From: a virus
Lineage: Duplodnaviria > Caudoviricetes
Direction: 5' to 3' (one strand)
IMG/VR virus record: IMGVR_UViG_3300049004_000034
Coordinates: 1 to 42,633 of that record
Length of the DNA: 42,633 nucleotides
How positions within the stretch are numbered: position 1 is the first letter of the stretch; the number at the start of each line of letters is the position of its first letter. A model generated the notes under the pieces. It saw nothing but the letters and a program-made list of their open reading frames with translations, was not told the DNA's origin and made no database searches. Shown piece after piece: positions 1 to 9,239 of the stretch. Both the position numbers and the translations under genes were made by a program.

Positions 1-127
1 ATGAGGATGCCTTTCCCTCCGTACTTTTCGGTAGCCCACTCGGGCGGGCCTCCACGCAGGATGAAAACGTGTTTCTTAACGGCCATGTAGAAATCTTTGT
101 CCGGGCAGTCCTGATGCCCCTGGACGC
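1..127. repeat. 127-bp direct terminal overlap (circular assembly), copy 1
   Basis: 1-127 is identical to 42507-42633; the capsid ORF reads in frame across the join. Confidence 0.97.
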
Positions 128-1124
128 TGAGATTTCCGACCATGATCGACTCCCCGTCTCCAGTGTTCTGGGATTTCGTGTCGGGGAAGCGAACCTGGGT
201 GTAGCTTTCGTTTTCCAGGTTGGCGATCTGAACTAGAGACGTGAAGGCCCAATCAGGGGTTTCGCCCTTCTGGCGGAGCCTACGCTTCAGTTTGATCACC
301 TTCTGACGCGTGATCGGGGTCGATTTGGCGTCTTCCACGATGCCCTTCCAAGAACCGGTCGTTTCCGGTTTCAGACCGCCCAAGGTCGTGGTTTCCGAAG
401 CGAGGTTGCCCCAGCCGTTGTTCTCGTAGCTGGTTTCCCCGGAACGGGAGTTGGCGAGGGAGACGTAGTCGGTTTCCGCCGTTTTGACTTTGGTTGCGAT
501 TTCCAGCGTCGGCGTTTCTTCTGATTCGGAGAAGGCCAGGATCGCTTTGTCAGCGGCCCGGAGTCCCTCTTCTGTTTTGGAGCCGATATCGATGACCTGA
601 CCGACAGGCAGATAGCCGTTACGGAGTGCCTGGTAGCCGAAGCCTGTTTTGAGCAGGTTGATCGTTTTGGATTCGGATTCTTCTTTGGCGCACTGGGCGA
701 TCAGCGCGGTGCCGTCTCCGAACAGGGTGCGGGTAAGCTGCTTGCGCAGATCTGAGAGCTTGCCTTCGACTTCGAGGTCAAGCTGGCGCATGATCGCCTT
801 CGCGGCGTCTTTGGTCCGCTCAATCGCAGCGGTATCCATTTCGATCATGCCCCACTGGCGCTTGTATTCCCATTTCGCCCGCGTGGTCTGTTGCGAGGCT
901 GCTTCGTTGAGGGCTCCCGATCCTGTTTTGGGGACCCAGGTGATACCGCCACCGCGTCCGGTCTGGACGGGAGTGAGGGCTTCAAGGCCGATCTGGATTT
1001 CTGGTTTTAGCTTTAAAACCTCTTCCAACATCGGGTCTTTCGAATAGAACTGCTTCTCGAAGTTCTCGCCGGTCCAGACCTGCTTAGCACCGGCTTCTGC
1101 GACTTCGAATGTCGAAACGGACAT
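1..1124 (-). CDS. Major capsid protein, 5' part (continues across the circular junction to stop at 42401; 409 aa total)
   Basis: ATG at 1124 with AAGGAG RBS; MSVSTFEVAEAGAKQVW...DLEVEGKLSDLRKQLTRTLFGDGT; directly follows scaffold; missed by the ORF track because of the window edge. Confidence 0.9.
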   Translation of the reverse strand, partial: MSVSTFEVAEAGAKQVWTGENFEKQFYSKDPMLEEVLKLKPEIQIGLEALTPVQTGRGGGITWVPKTGSGALNEAASQQTTRAKWEYKRQWGMIEMDTAAIERTKDAAKAIMRQLDLEVEGKLSDLRKQLTRTLFGDGTALIAQCAKEESESKTINLLKTGFGYQALRNGYLPVGQVIDIGSKTEEGLRAADKAILAFSESEETPTLEIATKVKTAETDYVSLANSRSGETSYENNGWGNLASETTTLGGLKPETTGSWKGIVEDAKSTPITRQKVIKLKRRLRQKGETPDWAFTSLVQIANLENESYTQVRFPDTKSQNTGDGESIMVGNLSVQGHQDCPDKDFYMAVKKHVFILRGGPPEWATEKYGGKGIL

Positions 1125-1149
1125 TCAAGGCTCCTTATGGATTCGGGAG

Positions 1150-1917
1150 CTATTCAAGCGACGGAGCGGCTTCCTCTGCCACTTCGTCATAGAACTTGAA
1201 ACGCTCCTCTTGATTCGTAGGGTCAAACGCCTTTTTCGCAGGGCTTCCCTGACTTATCCGCCGACCGGACTTCTTGGACTCAATCCACTGTTTCTGGCGC
1301 TGATCCATCATCCGTTCCAGAAGCTCGTTGGCTCCTTGAACGTTGGGGGCACCATTGGGCAGCGGGTGGCGATTGGCCATCATCGTCAGGTAAGACACTT
1401 CGTCTTCGCTGAATTTGAAGCCATTGCCTTGAGCCGCCTCCAGCTCATCGATTTTGTCTTCGATGAATCCGGAGATTTCTTCTTCTTGCTGAGACGTGAA
1501 TTCAGCCTCCTCGCGTTGCGCGAGATGGCCTTTGAGCGCTTCTACCTCGGCCCGAAGCTCTTCCTCGGGATCACGGTATTCCTGCTCATCTCCGTCCTCG
1601 AATTCGTAGCCGAACTCCTGCTGGAGCCAGGCATCTCGTGCGGCGGGGTCATTCTGTATTGCCGTGATGAAATCACGGTATTCCTGCGCTTCTTGGCGCT
1701 CCTGCGCAATCCCCTGAGTTTTCTGCGTGAAGCCTTTGCGCAGCTCGTTGTATTGATTCTCAAACCACGCTTTGTCGGCATCCTCAGGGATGTCTGTTGC
1801 AGGATCGAAGTCCGTAAAGGACTCCTGAGCCTCGTCAGCTTGTCCCGTCTCGGGGGCTTCGGTGCTCTCTACGGCTTGTTCCGATGATCCGGAGGCCTCT
1901 GTGCTGTCGTCTGGCAT
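1150..1917 (-). CDS. Capsid scaffolding protein
   Basis: Acidic, coiled-coil, ELRKGFTQKTQ motif; between portal and capsid; AAGGA RBS. Confidence 0.8.
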   Translation of the reverse strand: MPDDSTEASGSSEQAVESTEAPETGQADEAQESFTDFDPATDIPEDADKAWFENQYNELRKGFTQKTQGIAQERQEAQEYRDFITAIQNDPAARDAWLQQEFGYEFEDGDEQEYRDPEEELRAEVEALKGHLAQREEAEFTSQQEEEISGFIEDKIDELEAAQGNGFKFSEDEVSYLTMMANRHPLPNGAPNVQGANELLERMMDQRQKQWIESKKSGRRISQGSPAKKAFDPTNQEERFKFYDEVAEEAAPSLE

Positions 1918-1924
1918 TCGTGCT

Positions 1925-2035
1925 TCCTTTGATTGGCGGGGCTTTCATCCAAGTCCTTGGACATATTTGGATAGATTTGGAGTTCAGCTTGTCCGCTGTT
2001 GAACGGGGCTTCCGAAGAAGCTTGTCCGCTGAAGT
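1925..2035 (-). promoter_or_regulatory. Structured 5' leader of scaffold/capsid mRNA with repeated GGA-loop hairpins
   Basis: 13-bp direct repeat AGCTTGTCCGCTG at 1986 and 2019; minus-strand hairpins AGC-GGACAA-GCT twice and TCCAA-GGAC-TTGGA. Confidence 0.5.
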
Positions 2036-2051
2036 CTTGTAGGGTGTCTCC

Positions 2052-2366
2052 ATGAACGAAAAGAAAAAGACAGCAATCAAGCGGCTAGAACAGCAAATTG
2101 ATGAACCGATCATGGAGAGTGAGTACCCAGAGGAGTGGCTGAAAGCCGGGGTCGTCGCTACCGATCAAGCGTTTCTCGCAAAGTGCAAGGAGGAACGAAG
2201 CGACGACGGCACGTGGCGATTTACGTCCTCAATTGAATTCGACGCTCAGGGCGGAGGTTGGGACTCTCCCCGGTTCAAAGAGGAAGCTGCCACTCAAATC
2301 TGGGGACTCGCGGAAGATATGGCCAGGTCAATGGGCCGTTGCCGGACCCTCGTAAAAGCTGATTAA
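2052..2366 (+). CDS. Hypothetical protein (leaderless, antisense cargo gene)
   Basis: TAGGGT (2040-2045) + 6 nt + ATG; fills the gap between structural genes. Confidence 0.75.
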   Translation: MNEKKKTAIKRLEQQIDEPIMESEYPEEWLKAGVVATDQAFLAKCKEERSDDGTWRFTSSIEFDAQGGGWDSPRFKEEAATQIWGLAEDMARSMGRCRTLVKAD

Positions 2367-2416
2367 CTTGCAACTGGCGGTCATCATGCTCCTTGAGGCC
2401 CTAAGTTTGGACCGGC

Positions 2417-2620
2417 ATGCTCCCTCCTGAAGTGGCCAAGGATAGGGCGGAGCGCCCATCCCCTCGGCGTTTTTGGTTCGTCTTGGGATGCATGGCGATA
2501 TCGTCTATTTACATGGCCTTCCTGGATGCTCCGGGTTGGGCCATCTTCCTAACCGTTTACGTAACGTGGCTAGTCCTCGGAGTTCTACCCTTAGTTCTAC
2601 CCTTGTTTCTCAAGAAGTAG
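2417..2620 (+). CDS. Small two-TM membrane protein
   Basis: Two hydrophobic segments; intergenic position. Confidence 0.65.
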   Translation: MLPPEVAKDRAERPSPRRFWFVLGCMAISSIYMAFLDAPGWAIFLTVYVTWLVLGVLPLVLPLFLKK

Positions 2621-2648
2621 AAACACGGCAGTTCTTAGCGAGGCCACG

Positions 2649-4847
2649 TCAGGCGTTCTGAGGGCCTGGAAGGCCTTCAGGGGGTTCTCCCCCTCCTGAG
2701 CCTCGATTGAGCGCAGGGAGGCTTGGCATTGGCTTCTGAGGGGCATTAGCCGCATTTGCCATGCCCGCGTTTTCAGCCATCGTGTTCTGAAGTTCGGCTT
2801 TCTGCTGAGCTTCTTTGCGTTCGATGTCCCGTAGCGCCGAGAAGATCATCATCGTCGCCTTCTGGGCTTCTTCGTCCATGCGAGCAAATTCATCGCTCTT
2901 GGCCCAGTTGGCGAGAACGCTTTTCCAAACAGCGATGTTATCGATATCCGGGCGAGGCATCCAAGACGGAACCTCGGTCTCCATCACCGGACGGCCGGGA
3001 TTGGCCGGTTGGCCCGTTCCTGGAATTTCTTCCCCAAGTTCGTTCTGTTCGCCGGGGACTTCCGGTTCCGGTGGTTCGATCCATTCCGGTTCTTCGGTTT
3101 CGAGGTTGAGCTTGGGAGATTCCTCTCCCGGCCATGCGGGACGCATCGGCATCGACCAGAAGGCTCCAGAGCGGATCTGGGTGATGATGTAGTTGATCCG
3201 GCCCACGTCCTCTTCGTAGCCTTCAAGCAGTCCTTCCGCGTTGCCGTTGTTCATCGCGCTGAGGAGAACCTCCGGCGGGAAGTAGCCGGGGAACATCTGA
3301 GCGACGTTCTGGATACGCTGTTCGATCGCGCTGCGCGTGAAGGGTGTAAGGGAGCCGGGCTGGACTCGTACGTCCGTCTGATCACGGAGATCCGCGCCCT
3401 TGAAGTCTTCAATCGGGAACCAACCAGAGCGACCCCGGAACTTCAGCATCCGATCCTCGGTGTAGTGGCGCTGGACGAGCGTAAGGCAGTCCCTGGCTAT
3501 GCGCGAATAGACTTCAGCCAGAGTCGCAATCATGTTCTCCCAGGAGATTTCATCGCGCTGGAGCAGGCTCTGGACTACCTGCTGAGGAGCCGCGGAGGGG
3601 ATTTCGCTTTCGTGGGCGATCCCGCTCATCTCGACCTGGGACTCTTGTTTGAGCGTGAACAGCTCTTGCGGGATTCCTTGAATCGGAGCGAATTCGACTT
3701 TCCCGCCCAGTAGCGCGGTCGGATCATATTCTTCCCTGGCTCCAGGCTGGTCGGTCGCCGGGATTTTGAAAGCCCCGATGGGGGCCATTGTCTTCGGGAC
3801 CAAGCCCTCCTGCGCGAACTCCGCGATCTTGTTCTGAGCGAAGTCATAGGTCCGCATCGACTCGATCAGCGAGCGAACCAGGCCTTTGTCTTTGTCTTTG
3901 CTGGCGTTGATCGCGTAGCCGAGACGGTGGATACAGGGCTCATCGACCACTTCGCCTTTGGAATTGGTCAGTGGATAGCCCTCTTCCGGGAAGATCTGCT
4001 TACCGGCTGCGAGGAAGAGGCGACGTCCCTCCGGGTGCTTGGCCGAGGGGCGCTCCAGGTACTCGGTGGTCGTCACGAGATTGGAGGACTCGGCTTTCTT
4101 GATCTGGCCTTCGAATTCGGCATTAGCCGGAAGTTTGCCGCCGAGATAGCCCGGTTCGGATTCAACCTGGTCCTTGGGCCTTGCGTGTTCGATGGCCCAC
4201 CAACGGCTTTCCTCGAAGTCGACGCCGGGTTCGGCCATCACTTCGCGGCCATCCCAGACGCTGATTCGCACGTCCCCGAGCCCTACGTGTTCAGGTTCCC
4301 CTTCAGGGTCCATCTGCGTGTTGACGAAGGGGCCGATGGAGGAATCCCAGTAGGCCATGATGTAGCCTTCGTCGGTGACCAGGGCGTTGTAGACGAGTTT
4401 CTGGAAGGCGCGCTTGACGTGCCAGAGTTCATACCCGGCGTAGGCGATCTTTTTGGCCGTCTGGGCCGCCGTGTAGTCCTCCGGATCGTTGGTCGAAGGA
4501 TTGATTTCATAGCCGGGGATGCGCTGGGTAGCGGCTGAGACCTTGGCTTGGATCATCGGGCCGATCAGGTCGTGGGAGCGCCTGACGCGGTGGTCTTCCT
4601 TCTTGCCACCAAGTAGGTAGGTCAACGTGGCAAGGTGTTTGACCGACATCCCATCTTCACTCAGATGACCGTAGTGCTTGCCTTCGGCGAACTCGACGGA
4701 GAGCTTACGAGATGGCTTCAGTTCTTCCAGCCGTGCTTTCCCACGCGTGATTCGCTCCTGCACGTCCTTTGGGATCGGCATGGTCGCAGGACGCAGGGCG
4801 TCTAGCGCCTGTTCTGCCTTCTGCTCAATCTTGTCGAGCATAGCCAC
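2649..4847 (-). CDS. Portal protein
   Basis: 732 aa, between terminase and scaffold; NPSTNDPEDYTAA and LTLVQRHYTEDRML segments typical of P22-like portals; Pro/Gln-rich tail. Confidence 0.85.
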   Translation of the reverse strand: MAMLDKIEQKAEQALDALRPATMPIPKDVQERITRGKARLEELKPSRKLSVEFAEGKHYGHLSEDGMSVKHLATLTYLLGGKKEDHRVRRSHDLIGPMIQAKVSAATQRIPGYEINPSTNDPEDYTAAQTAKKIAYAGYELWHVKRAFQKLVYNALVTDEGYIMAYWDSSIGPFVNTQMDPEGEPEHVGLGDVRISVWDGREVMAEPGVDFEESRWWAIEHARPKDQVESEPGYLGGKLPANAEFEGQIKKAESSNLVTTTEYLERPSAKHPEGRRLFLAAGKQIFPEEGYPLTNSKGEVVDEPCIHRLGYAINASKDKDKGLVRSLIESMRTYDFAQNKIAEFAQEGLVPKTMAPIGAFKIPATDQPGAREEYDPTALLGGKVEFAPIQGIPQELFTLKQESQVEMSGIAHESEIPSAAPQQVVQSLLQRDEISWENMIATLAEVYSRIARDCLTLVQRHYTEDRMLKFRGRSGWFPIEDFKGADLRDQTDVRVQPGSLTPFTRSAIEQRIQNVAQMFPGYFPPEVLLSAMNNGNAEGLLEGYEEDVGRINYIITQIRSGAFWSMPMRPAWPGEESPKLNLETEEPEWIEPPEPEVPGEQNELGEEIPGTGQPANPGRPVMETEVPSWMPRPDIDNIAVWKSVLANWAKSDEFARMDEEAQKATMMIFSALRDIERKEAQQKAELQNTMAENAGMANAANAPQKPMPSLPALNRGSGGGEPPEGLPGPQNA

Positions 4848-4863
4848 CTAGAATCCTTCGTGG

Positions 4864-4880
4864 TAGAATGTGGACATAAT
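4864..4880 (+). promoter_or_regulatory. -10 box with overlapping palindromic operator AATGTG-GA-CATAAT
   Basis: Matches the recurrent ATTRTG-NN-CAYAAT motif. Confidence 0.7.
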
Positions 4881-5058
4881 GGTCACAAAGAAGACAGTGC
4901 GAGACGAGATGGCAGAAGTTCGCTTCGCCCTGCGTGAACTTGAGCGCGCCTTGAAGGCCGGAGATCTCGATGAGATCGCGTATCACGCGGGCGATGCACG
5001 AGAAACCGCGCTAATGGTCTATAACCAGGCAGACGCGTACGTGACACAGCGCCGCTAG
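4879..5058 (+). CDS. Hypothetical helical protein (antisense cargo)
   Basis: TAGAAT -10 and palindromic operator immediately upstream; start may be 4870 or 4879. Confidence 0.65.
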   Translation: MVTKKTVRDEMAEVRFALRELERALKAGDLDEIAYHAGDARETALMVYNQADAYVTQRR

Positions 5059-5303
5059 TCTCCAGACAAGCCCTGTCGCTCCAGCCGTAGCTTCTCATAA
5101 GCCTGATCGTCGTCCATGGCGATAGGCGCTATCGGCTGCGGTTGCTCTGCCTGATCCCGCGCATAGGCCGCTATAGCCGTTTCGGGACTCTGAATGCGCT
5201 GCACGAGTTCCTTGCGCTCCTGGGACCAGTTGTTGCGCTCCCAGGCATGGAAGGCGATCTCAACAGCGCAGACGAGGAATAGGAAGCCTAGGGCTAGCTC
5301 CAT
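5055..5303 (-). CDS. Hypothetical protein with N-terminal TM helix
   Basis: Hydrophobic N-terminus; coupled in operon. Confidence 0.75.
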   Translation of the reverse strand: MELALGFLFLVCAVEIAFHAWERNNWSQERKELVQRIQSPETAIAAYARDQAEQPQPIAPIAMDDDQAYEKLRLERQGLSGD

Positions 5304-5545
5304 CAGCTTAGGATTTTCCCTTCCTGAAGGTCGTCTATGACGCCGTTGATCAGTTTCTTCAGCTCGTTGACTGCCGCGTTGGTCGTGTTGAACTGCCCCG
5401 CAACTTCGGTCAGGAGAGCGATCGTGACCGATTCGGAGAGTTCCGTTTTGGCCTGGGTGCGAGCTTTGGTAGAATAGGTCTGCGTATAGGCAGAGCCGAA
5501 TGGGCCGCCTGCACCGGGCGTGGGTGGGTTCGAGAGGCTTCCCAC
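5303..5545 (-). CDS. Putative head fibre/decoration-like protein
   Basis: C-terminal ELKKLINGVIDDLQEGKILS helix resembles small head-fibre proteins; GTG start just after the upstream stop. Confidence 0.5.
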   Translation of the reverse strand: MGSLSNPPTPGAGGPFGSAYTQTYSTKARTQAKTELSESVTIALLTEVAGQFNTTNAAVNELKKLINGVIDDLQEGKILS

Positions 5546-5547
5546 GA

Positions 5548-5841
5548 TCAGACTTCCGCGTAACAAAGGTTGGATTCTTCAGAAGCGGTGATCACAAAGA
5601 CCGCGCCGGAATAGCTTGTATTGGTCCAAGTACCGCCGCTGGCCTTGAGATAGATGCCTTCTTTCGCCACGGCGGTGGAACCCAAAGAGAGCCAAGCGTC
5701 TTTCGCCCCTTCGTTGGAGACGATCAGTTCAAGCCGGTCTCCATTGGCTTTGACCAGTTCTTTCGATTCAGTTTTGGCCGCAAATTTGCCCTTTGTGATC
5801 CGGGCTTCCGTGCTGGAGCCGCTTTGCTGAGCGAAAGCCAT
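5548..5841 (-). CDS. Small beta-rich virion protein
   Basis: Beta-sandwich-like pattern (LIVSNEG..AWL.LG...GIYL); in head module. Confidence 0.6.
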   Translation of the reverse strand: MAFAQQSGSSTEARITKGKFAAKTESKELVKANGDRLELIVSNEGAKDAWLSLGSTAVAKEGIYLKASGGTWTNTSYSGAVFVITASEESNLCYAEV

Positions 5842-5844
5842 TAC

Positions 5845-6306
5845 TCAGCGGTTCTCTCGCAGGGCGTCGATCAGCTCCGACTTAGAGAAACCGGAAGTTC
5901 CTTTGAGATCACGCTCTTTAGCCAGCTCGCGCAGTTCCTCAAGCGTGCGGGACTCGTAAGAGCCACCTGAACCACCACCCGTATCGCCACGATCAGCGGT
6001 GGGCTCCGGGGGCGCTGAGGATATCCCTGCCGCCGTGTCCGGCGGCTCCTGAACAATCGGGAACTCAGAAGCGTAAGTCACCGTCACGTGAGCGCCATCG
6101 GGGCTGTAGAGAGCCAGAGAGGGCGTGTCTTTGCCATCGTAGGCTTTCTCTTTGTCGACCAGCGTGCTTTCGATCTCGTAGCCACCATCCTCATCGGTCG
6201 GGAGTTTGCGGGTAACGAGAACGGAGCCGACGCCTACGGAGATCTCGCGCACGGGAGCCTCCAAGGCCTTTGAGTCCTGAATGTTGAGGGTGAAGACGGT
6301 GGGCAT
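5845..6306 (-). CDS. Protein with C-terminal Rho-N-like helix-extension-helix domain
   Basis: YESRTLEELRELAKERDLKGTSGFSKSELIDAL; AAGGAG RBS before ATG 6306. Confidence 0.75.
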   Translation of the reverse strand: MPTVFTLNIQDSKALEAPVREISVGVGSVLVTRKLPTDEDGGYEIESTLVDKEKAYDGKDTPSLALYSPDGAHVTVTYASEFPIVQEPPDTAAGISSAPPEPTADRGDTGGGSGGSYESRTLEELRELAKERDLKGTSGFSKSELIDALRENR

Positions 6307-6307
6307 C

Positions 6308-6721
6308 TTAGCTTTCCTCCTTGGGAGCAAGATCGTAGAGTTCTTGGGGAATTGGCTTCTGGGGAATAAACTCGGGACCGCTGGGGCTAGCGGTTTCGCT
6401 TTTCACGCCAGCCGTAACGCCAGCTTCAAGCGACTGGCCGAATTGAGCTTCAAAGTCCTTGGTGAGATTGAGATCTGAGAGAGCCGCGTCTAGTTTCTGA
6501 CCTAGCTCGCCAACCTGTCGGCGCATCTCTTCGATCTCGTGCAGCGGGACCATGCTGCAGCACTCACGGGCTGCCTCTTCCACAACCTCACGGCGAAGGT
6601 AGACCCTTGGATCGATACCGATGAAGTCTCGTTCGAAGTCGATTAGTTCTCCGTCCTCCGACCCAGTCACAAGGCATCTGTGAGGGGAGAAGGGAAGCGG
6701 TCCTTTGGTCAAGCGAGGCAT
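6308..6721 (-). CDS. Hypothetical protein
   Basis: AAGGA RBS; central coiled coil. Confidence 0.75.
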   Translation of the reverse strand: MPRLTKGPLPFSPHRCLVTGSEDGELIDFERDFIGIDPRVYLRREVVEEAARECCSMVPLHEIEEMRRQVGELGQKLDAALSDLNLTKDFEAQFGQSLEAGVTAGVKSETASPSGPEFIPQKPIPQELYDLAPKEES

Positions 6722-6733
6722 GTTGTCCTTTGG

Positions 6734-6750
6734 TAGGATGTGGACATATG
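6734..6750 (+). promoter_or_regulatory. -10 box TAGGAT with operator GATGTG-GA-CATATG
   Basis: Near-identical to 4861-4878 (TGGTAGRATGTGGACATA). Confidence 0.7.
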
Positions 6751-7089
6751 AGCGTTATCATTGACTTTCTAGTCATTGCCCATCTTCCGTCCCCCCACGT
6801 CTTGGAAGAAATCAACTCCAAGCTCTATGAGTTGGACGAGGAGCGTCATCAGCAATTCAGGCCCCTCGATACTGATCAAGCGGGAGGGACTAAGGCCTTT
6901 GGGACGGAGGTTTGGGCCGGGGCTTTCAACCACCTGCTGCCAGAGGAGGTCCGGGAGGCCATTCTATCGGCCGATTGGTCAGGTTTCTTTGGCCCCGAAG
7001 AGCTGGACGCACTCATAATCGAATCAAGCGGAGACTACGAGATAGACCTTCGCGCTCGGACGCTGCAAGAGCTACGCAAAGCGTCCTAG
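6748..7089 (+). CDS. Hypothetical protein (antisense cargo; AGGTKA...AGAFNHL motif)
   Basis: Fills the gap downstream of TerL; own promoter. Confidence 0.75.
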   Translation: MSVIIDFLVIAHLPSPHVLEEINSKLYELDEERHQQFRPLDTDQAGGTKAFGTEVWAGAFNHLLPEEVREAILSADWSGFFGPEELDALIIESSGDYEIDLRARTLQELRKAS

Positions 7090-8658
7090 CGGTCCTACGG
7101 GTTCAGGAGCCGGTTTCGTAGGCGCAGGGGGCGCGGTATTCGGCTCCCACTGTTCAGGCCTGCGCTGGGCCATGCTCATCGCTTTCGGCCTGTTCAACGG
7201 CCGGTGGTTGCAGAGATAGCGTTTGCAGTCCGGTCCGTGGTCTTCTCGCTTCACAACGTCAAATCCACCATCGTCTTTCGGTTTGAGCCGGTAGCGCCTG
7301 GTCTCGCGCTTCAGGTTCGTGCAGTTTTCCCCCAGCAAGATCAGCGGGTCCGGCTCTCCTTCTTTGTCCTTGTGCTCAAGGCGGCGCATAACCTCGAAGA
7401 CACCGCCCTCTTTGTCATTGTTGGCGCGAACGTTGGGGATGCCTGCGCGGTAATAGGCGGCCTCGACCGTGTCCTGGCGCGTCACGCCTTCGATTTCGGT
7501 GGCAGTGAGGGAATGGTTGCGGGCCGAAGGATCGATCAGGGTTAGGACGGGCTTGCCGGTACCCCAGGCCTGGCGCTTCTCCATGATCCGTTTCGCCGCA
7601 TTCTCCGGGATCGCATCGGATTCCGTCAGGTAAAGCTCGTCGTAGATCAGCAGGCGGTTTTCGGGATCGAAGCCTGCGAAAAGGATCGCGGTTGTGTTGT
7701 AGCCCGGATCTATCGCCTCGTAGGTTTCGAGGCGCTGGACGTGATCTTTGCCTGCGTCTGAGCGTAGCCACTCGGCATTGACGCAGTGCAAGTCCTTGTC
7801 GAACATCGGGTAGACCAAGCCCTCCATGTGAAGGAACTCTCCATCTTCTCTGGCGCGCCTAACAAGCTCTGGGAGGCCCGCCATCGCTAGATCGATCTCC
7901 TCAGGAGGAATCGCCGGATTATCTCGCACAGAGGCTCTGACAACGAGCATCTTGTCGTCCAGCCAGACGTTCTTTTCGATTTCCGGCCCCTTCTGTTCTT
8001 CGAACTCATCGAAAGTCCAGCCAAGACCCTTGAGCGGGGTGAAGGTGAAGATCTCGTAACCGCGCGACTCCATCAAGCGCATCTTGCACTCCTGGCGAAT
8101 TGCCTGCCCCTTCTCCCCATCAGGCTCCTCGTCGTAGTGGCAGAAGTCGCGCGTTACGCCACCAAACTTGGAAACGTCCTGCTCGTAGGAGAGAATCTCC
8201 AAGAAGGAGCCGTTGCCAAAGGAAAGGCGATGCTCTCGCTGAGACCAAGCTGTTTCCCACGAGCCACCCTTGAATTCAAAGCTTGGGCACCAACGCAGCA
8301 AGGTCTCCACAATGGCTTGCAGAGGAAGGCCGAAGTCCGGGACGACGATGCGACCGCGCACGGGAGGTTCCAGGCGCTTGAAGCGTTTCAGATGATCCGG
8401 CACCGATTCCAGATCGATGCATTGAATGATGTCGTCTATGCCACCCCCAGCCGTCTTCCCGCTCCGGTTCCCGCCGAAGTAACAGCGCAGACGGGCCTTT
8501 GCGGCATGGAAGGCGTATTGCTTCGAATGCGGCCTGTAGCCCCAGAGCGGATTAGCTTCCAACGCCTGCGATATCTGCGCGATTTCCTGCTGGACGGCAG
8601 GATCGCTGAGAGCAGACGGGTCGGTTGCTTCAATCCGTGGGGCTGTGGTCTGATTCAT
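7072..8658 (-). CDS. terL: Terminase large subunit
   Basis: Walker A GGNRSGKT, Walker B CHYDEE, coupling motif FTFTP, nuclease AIDPG...DHGPD; start moved to ATG 8658 because the longer call overlaps a + gene. Confidence 0.95.
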   Translation of the reverse strand: MNQTTAPRIEATDPSALSDPAVQQEIAQISQALEANPLWGYRPHSKQYAFHAAKARLRCYFGGNRSGKTAGGGIDDIIQCIDLESVPDHLKRFKRLEPPVRGRIVVPDFGLPLQAIVETLLRWCPSFEFKGGSWETAWSQREHRLSFGNGSFLEILSYEQDVSKFGGVTRDFCHYDEEPDGEKGQAIRQECKMRLMESRGYEIFTFTPLKGLGWTFDEFEEQKGPEIEKNVWLDDKMLVVRASVRDNPAIPPEEIDLAMAGLPELVRRAREDGEFLHMEGLVYPMFDKDLHCVNAEWLRSDAGKDHVQRLETYEAIDPGYNTTAILFAGFDPENRLLIYDELYLTESDAIPENAAKRIMEKRQAWGTGKPVLTLIDPSARNHSLTATEIEGVTRQDTVEAAYYRAGIPNVRANNDKEGGVFEVMRRLEHKDKEGEPDPLILLGENCTNLKRETRRYRLKPKDDGGFDVVKREDHGPDCKRYLCNHRPLNRPKAMSMAQRRPEQWEPNTAPPAPTKPAPEPVGPLGRFA

Positions 8659-8661
8659 GAT

Positions 8662-8675
8662 ATTGTGTCCATAAT
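8662..8675. promoter_or_regulatory. Palindromic operator ATTGTG-TC-CATAAT between divergent terL and + cassette
   Basis: Exact copy of the 12545-12558 site. Confidence 0.7.
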
Positions 8676-8695
8676 TCAACGGAAGGGAGAGAGGC

Positions 8696-8818
8696 GTGGA
8701 ACAGACAGTGAGCTGCAAAATTTGCGGGAAGCCTTACAAGTTCTATGGGCATTACGCCGGGGACCAGAGCGCGTGCCCGAAATGCGTTAGGCAAGCGGAG
8801 AAAGAACTGGTCAAATGA
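8696..8818 (+). CDS. 40-aa zinc-ribbon microprotein
   Basis: MEQTVSCKICGKPYKFYGHYAGDQSACPKCVRQAEKELVK; GGAGAGAGG RBS; ATGA overlap with next gene. Confidence 0.75.
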   Translation: MEQTVSCKICGKPYKFYGHYAGDQSACPKCVRQAEKELVK

Positions 8819-9060
8819 GCCGCCTTCGCAACCTCAACCTTGAAGTGATCTTGGGTCTGCTCTGCATCGTGGCCCTCGTGATCTTTACGCAAGACCCCTT
8901 CGGATGGGCTGAAACTCCTCCCTCAAAGCCCGATTGGCACAACGCCAACTGCTACAAGATCCCTGAGCGCTACCACGGCGGTCTGTATTGCTCAGACCAA
9001 GAGGCCGGTGGGAATCACGGCTATGTCAACCCAGGATCTATGGAATGGGAAGTGGAATGA
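8815..9060 (+). CDS. Small membrane-anchored/exported protein
   Basis: N-terminal TM helix followed by a short Cys-pair domain. Confidence 0.65.
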   Translation: MSRLRNLNLEVILGLLCIVALVIFTQDPFGWAETPPSKPDWHNANCYKIPERYHGGLYCSDQEAGGNHGYVNPGSMEWEVE

Positions 9061-9239
9061 CTCAAAACCACAAGAAGCCGAAAGTCAAAAGCTACGAATG
9101 GGAATCGGGGAGACGGCGCCGGGGATGCATTCGACCCCCTGAAAGTACAAGAAGCGTTTGACTGGGCGCTTGAGCACCACTCGAACCTCATCGTCAAGCG
9201 AGCAATCATTCAGCTACGAGATTGCTTTATCTTCCCGCC

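Noticed and set aside
1210-4538. Long + strand ORFs opposite scaffold and portal (also those opposite terL, ejection and fibre genes)
   Set aside because: Antisense shadows of high-GC genes with no RBS, promoter or motifs
4869-4877. DnaA boxes (TGTGGACAT versus actinobacterial TGTGGACAA)
   Set aside because: Sites are single and dispersed at promoters, and the TC-centred copies fit a palindrome better; not fully excluded
8659-8718. N-terminal extension of TerL from TTG 8718
   Set aside because: Overlaps the + strand Zn microprotein gene, its RBS and the operator
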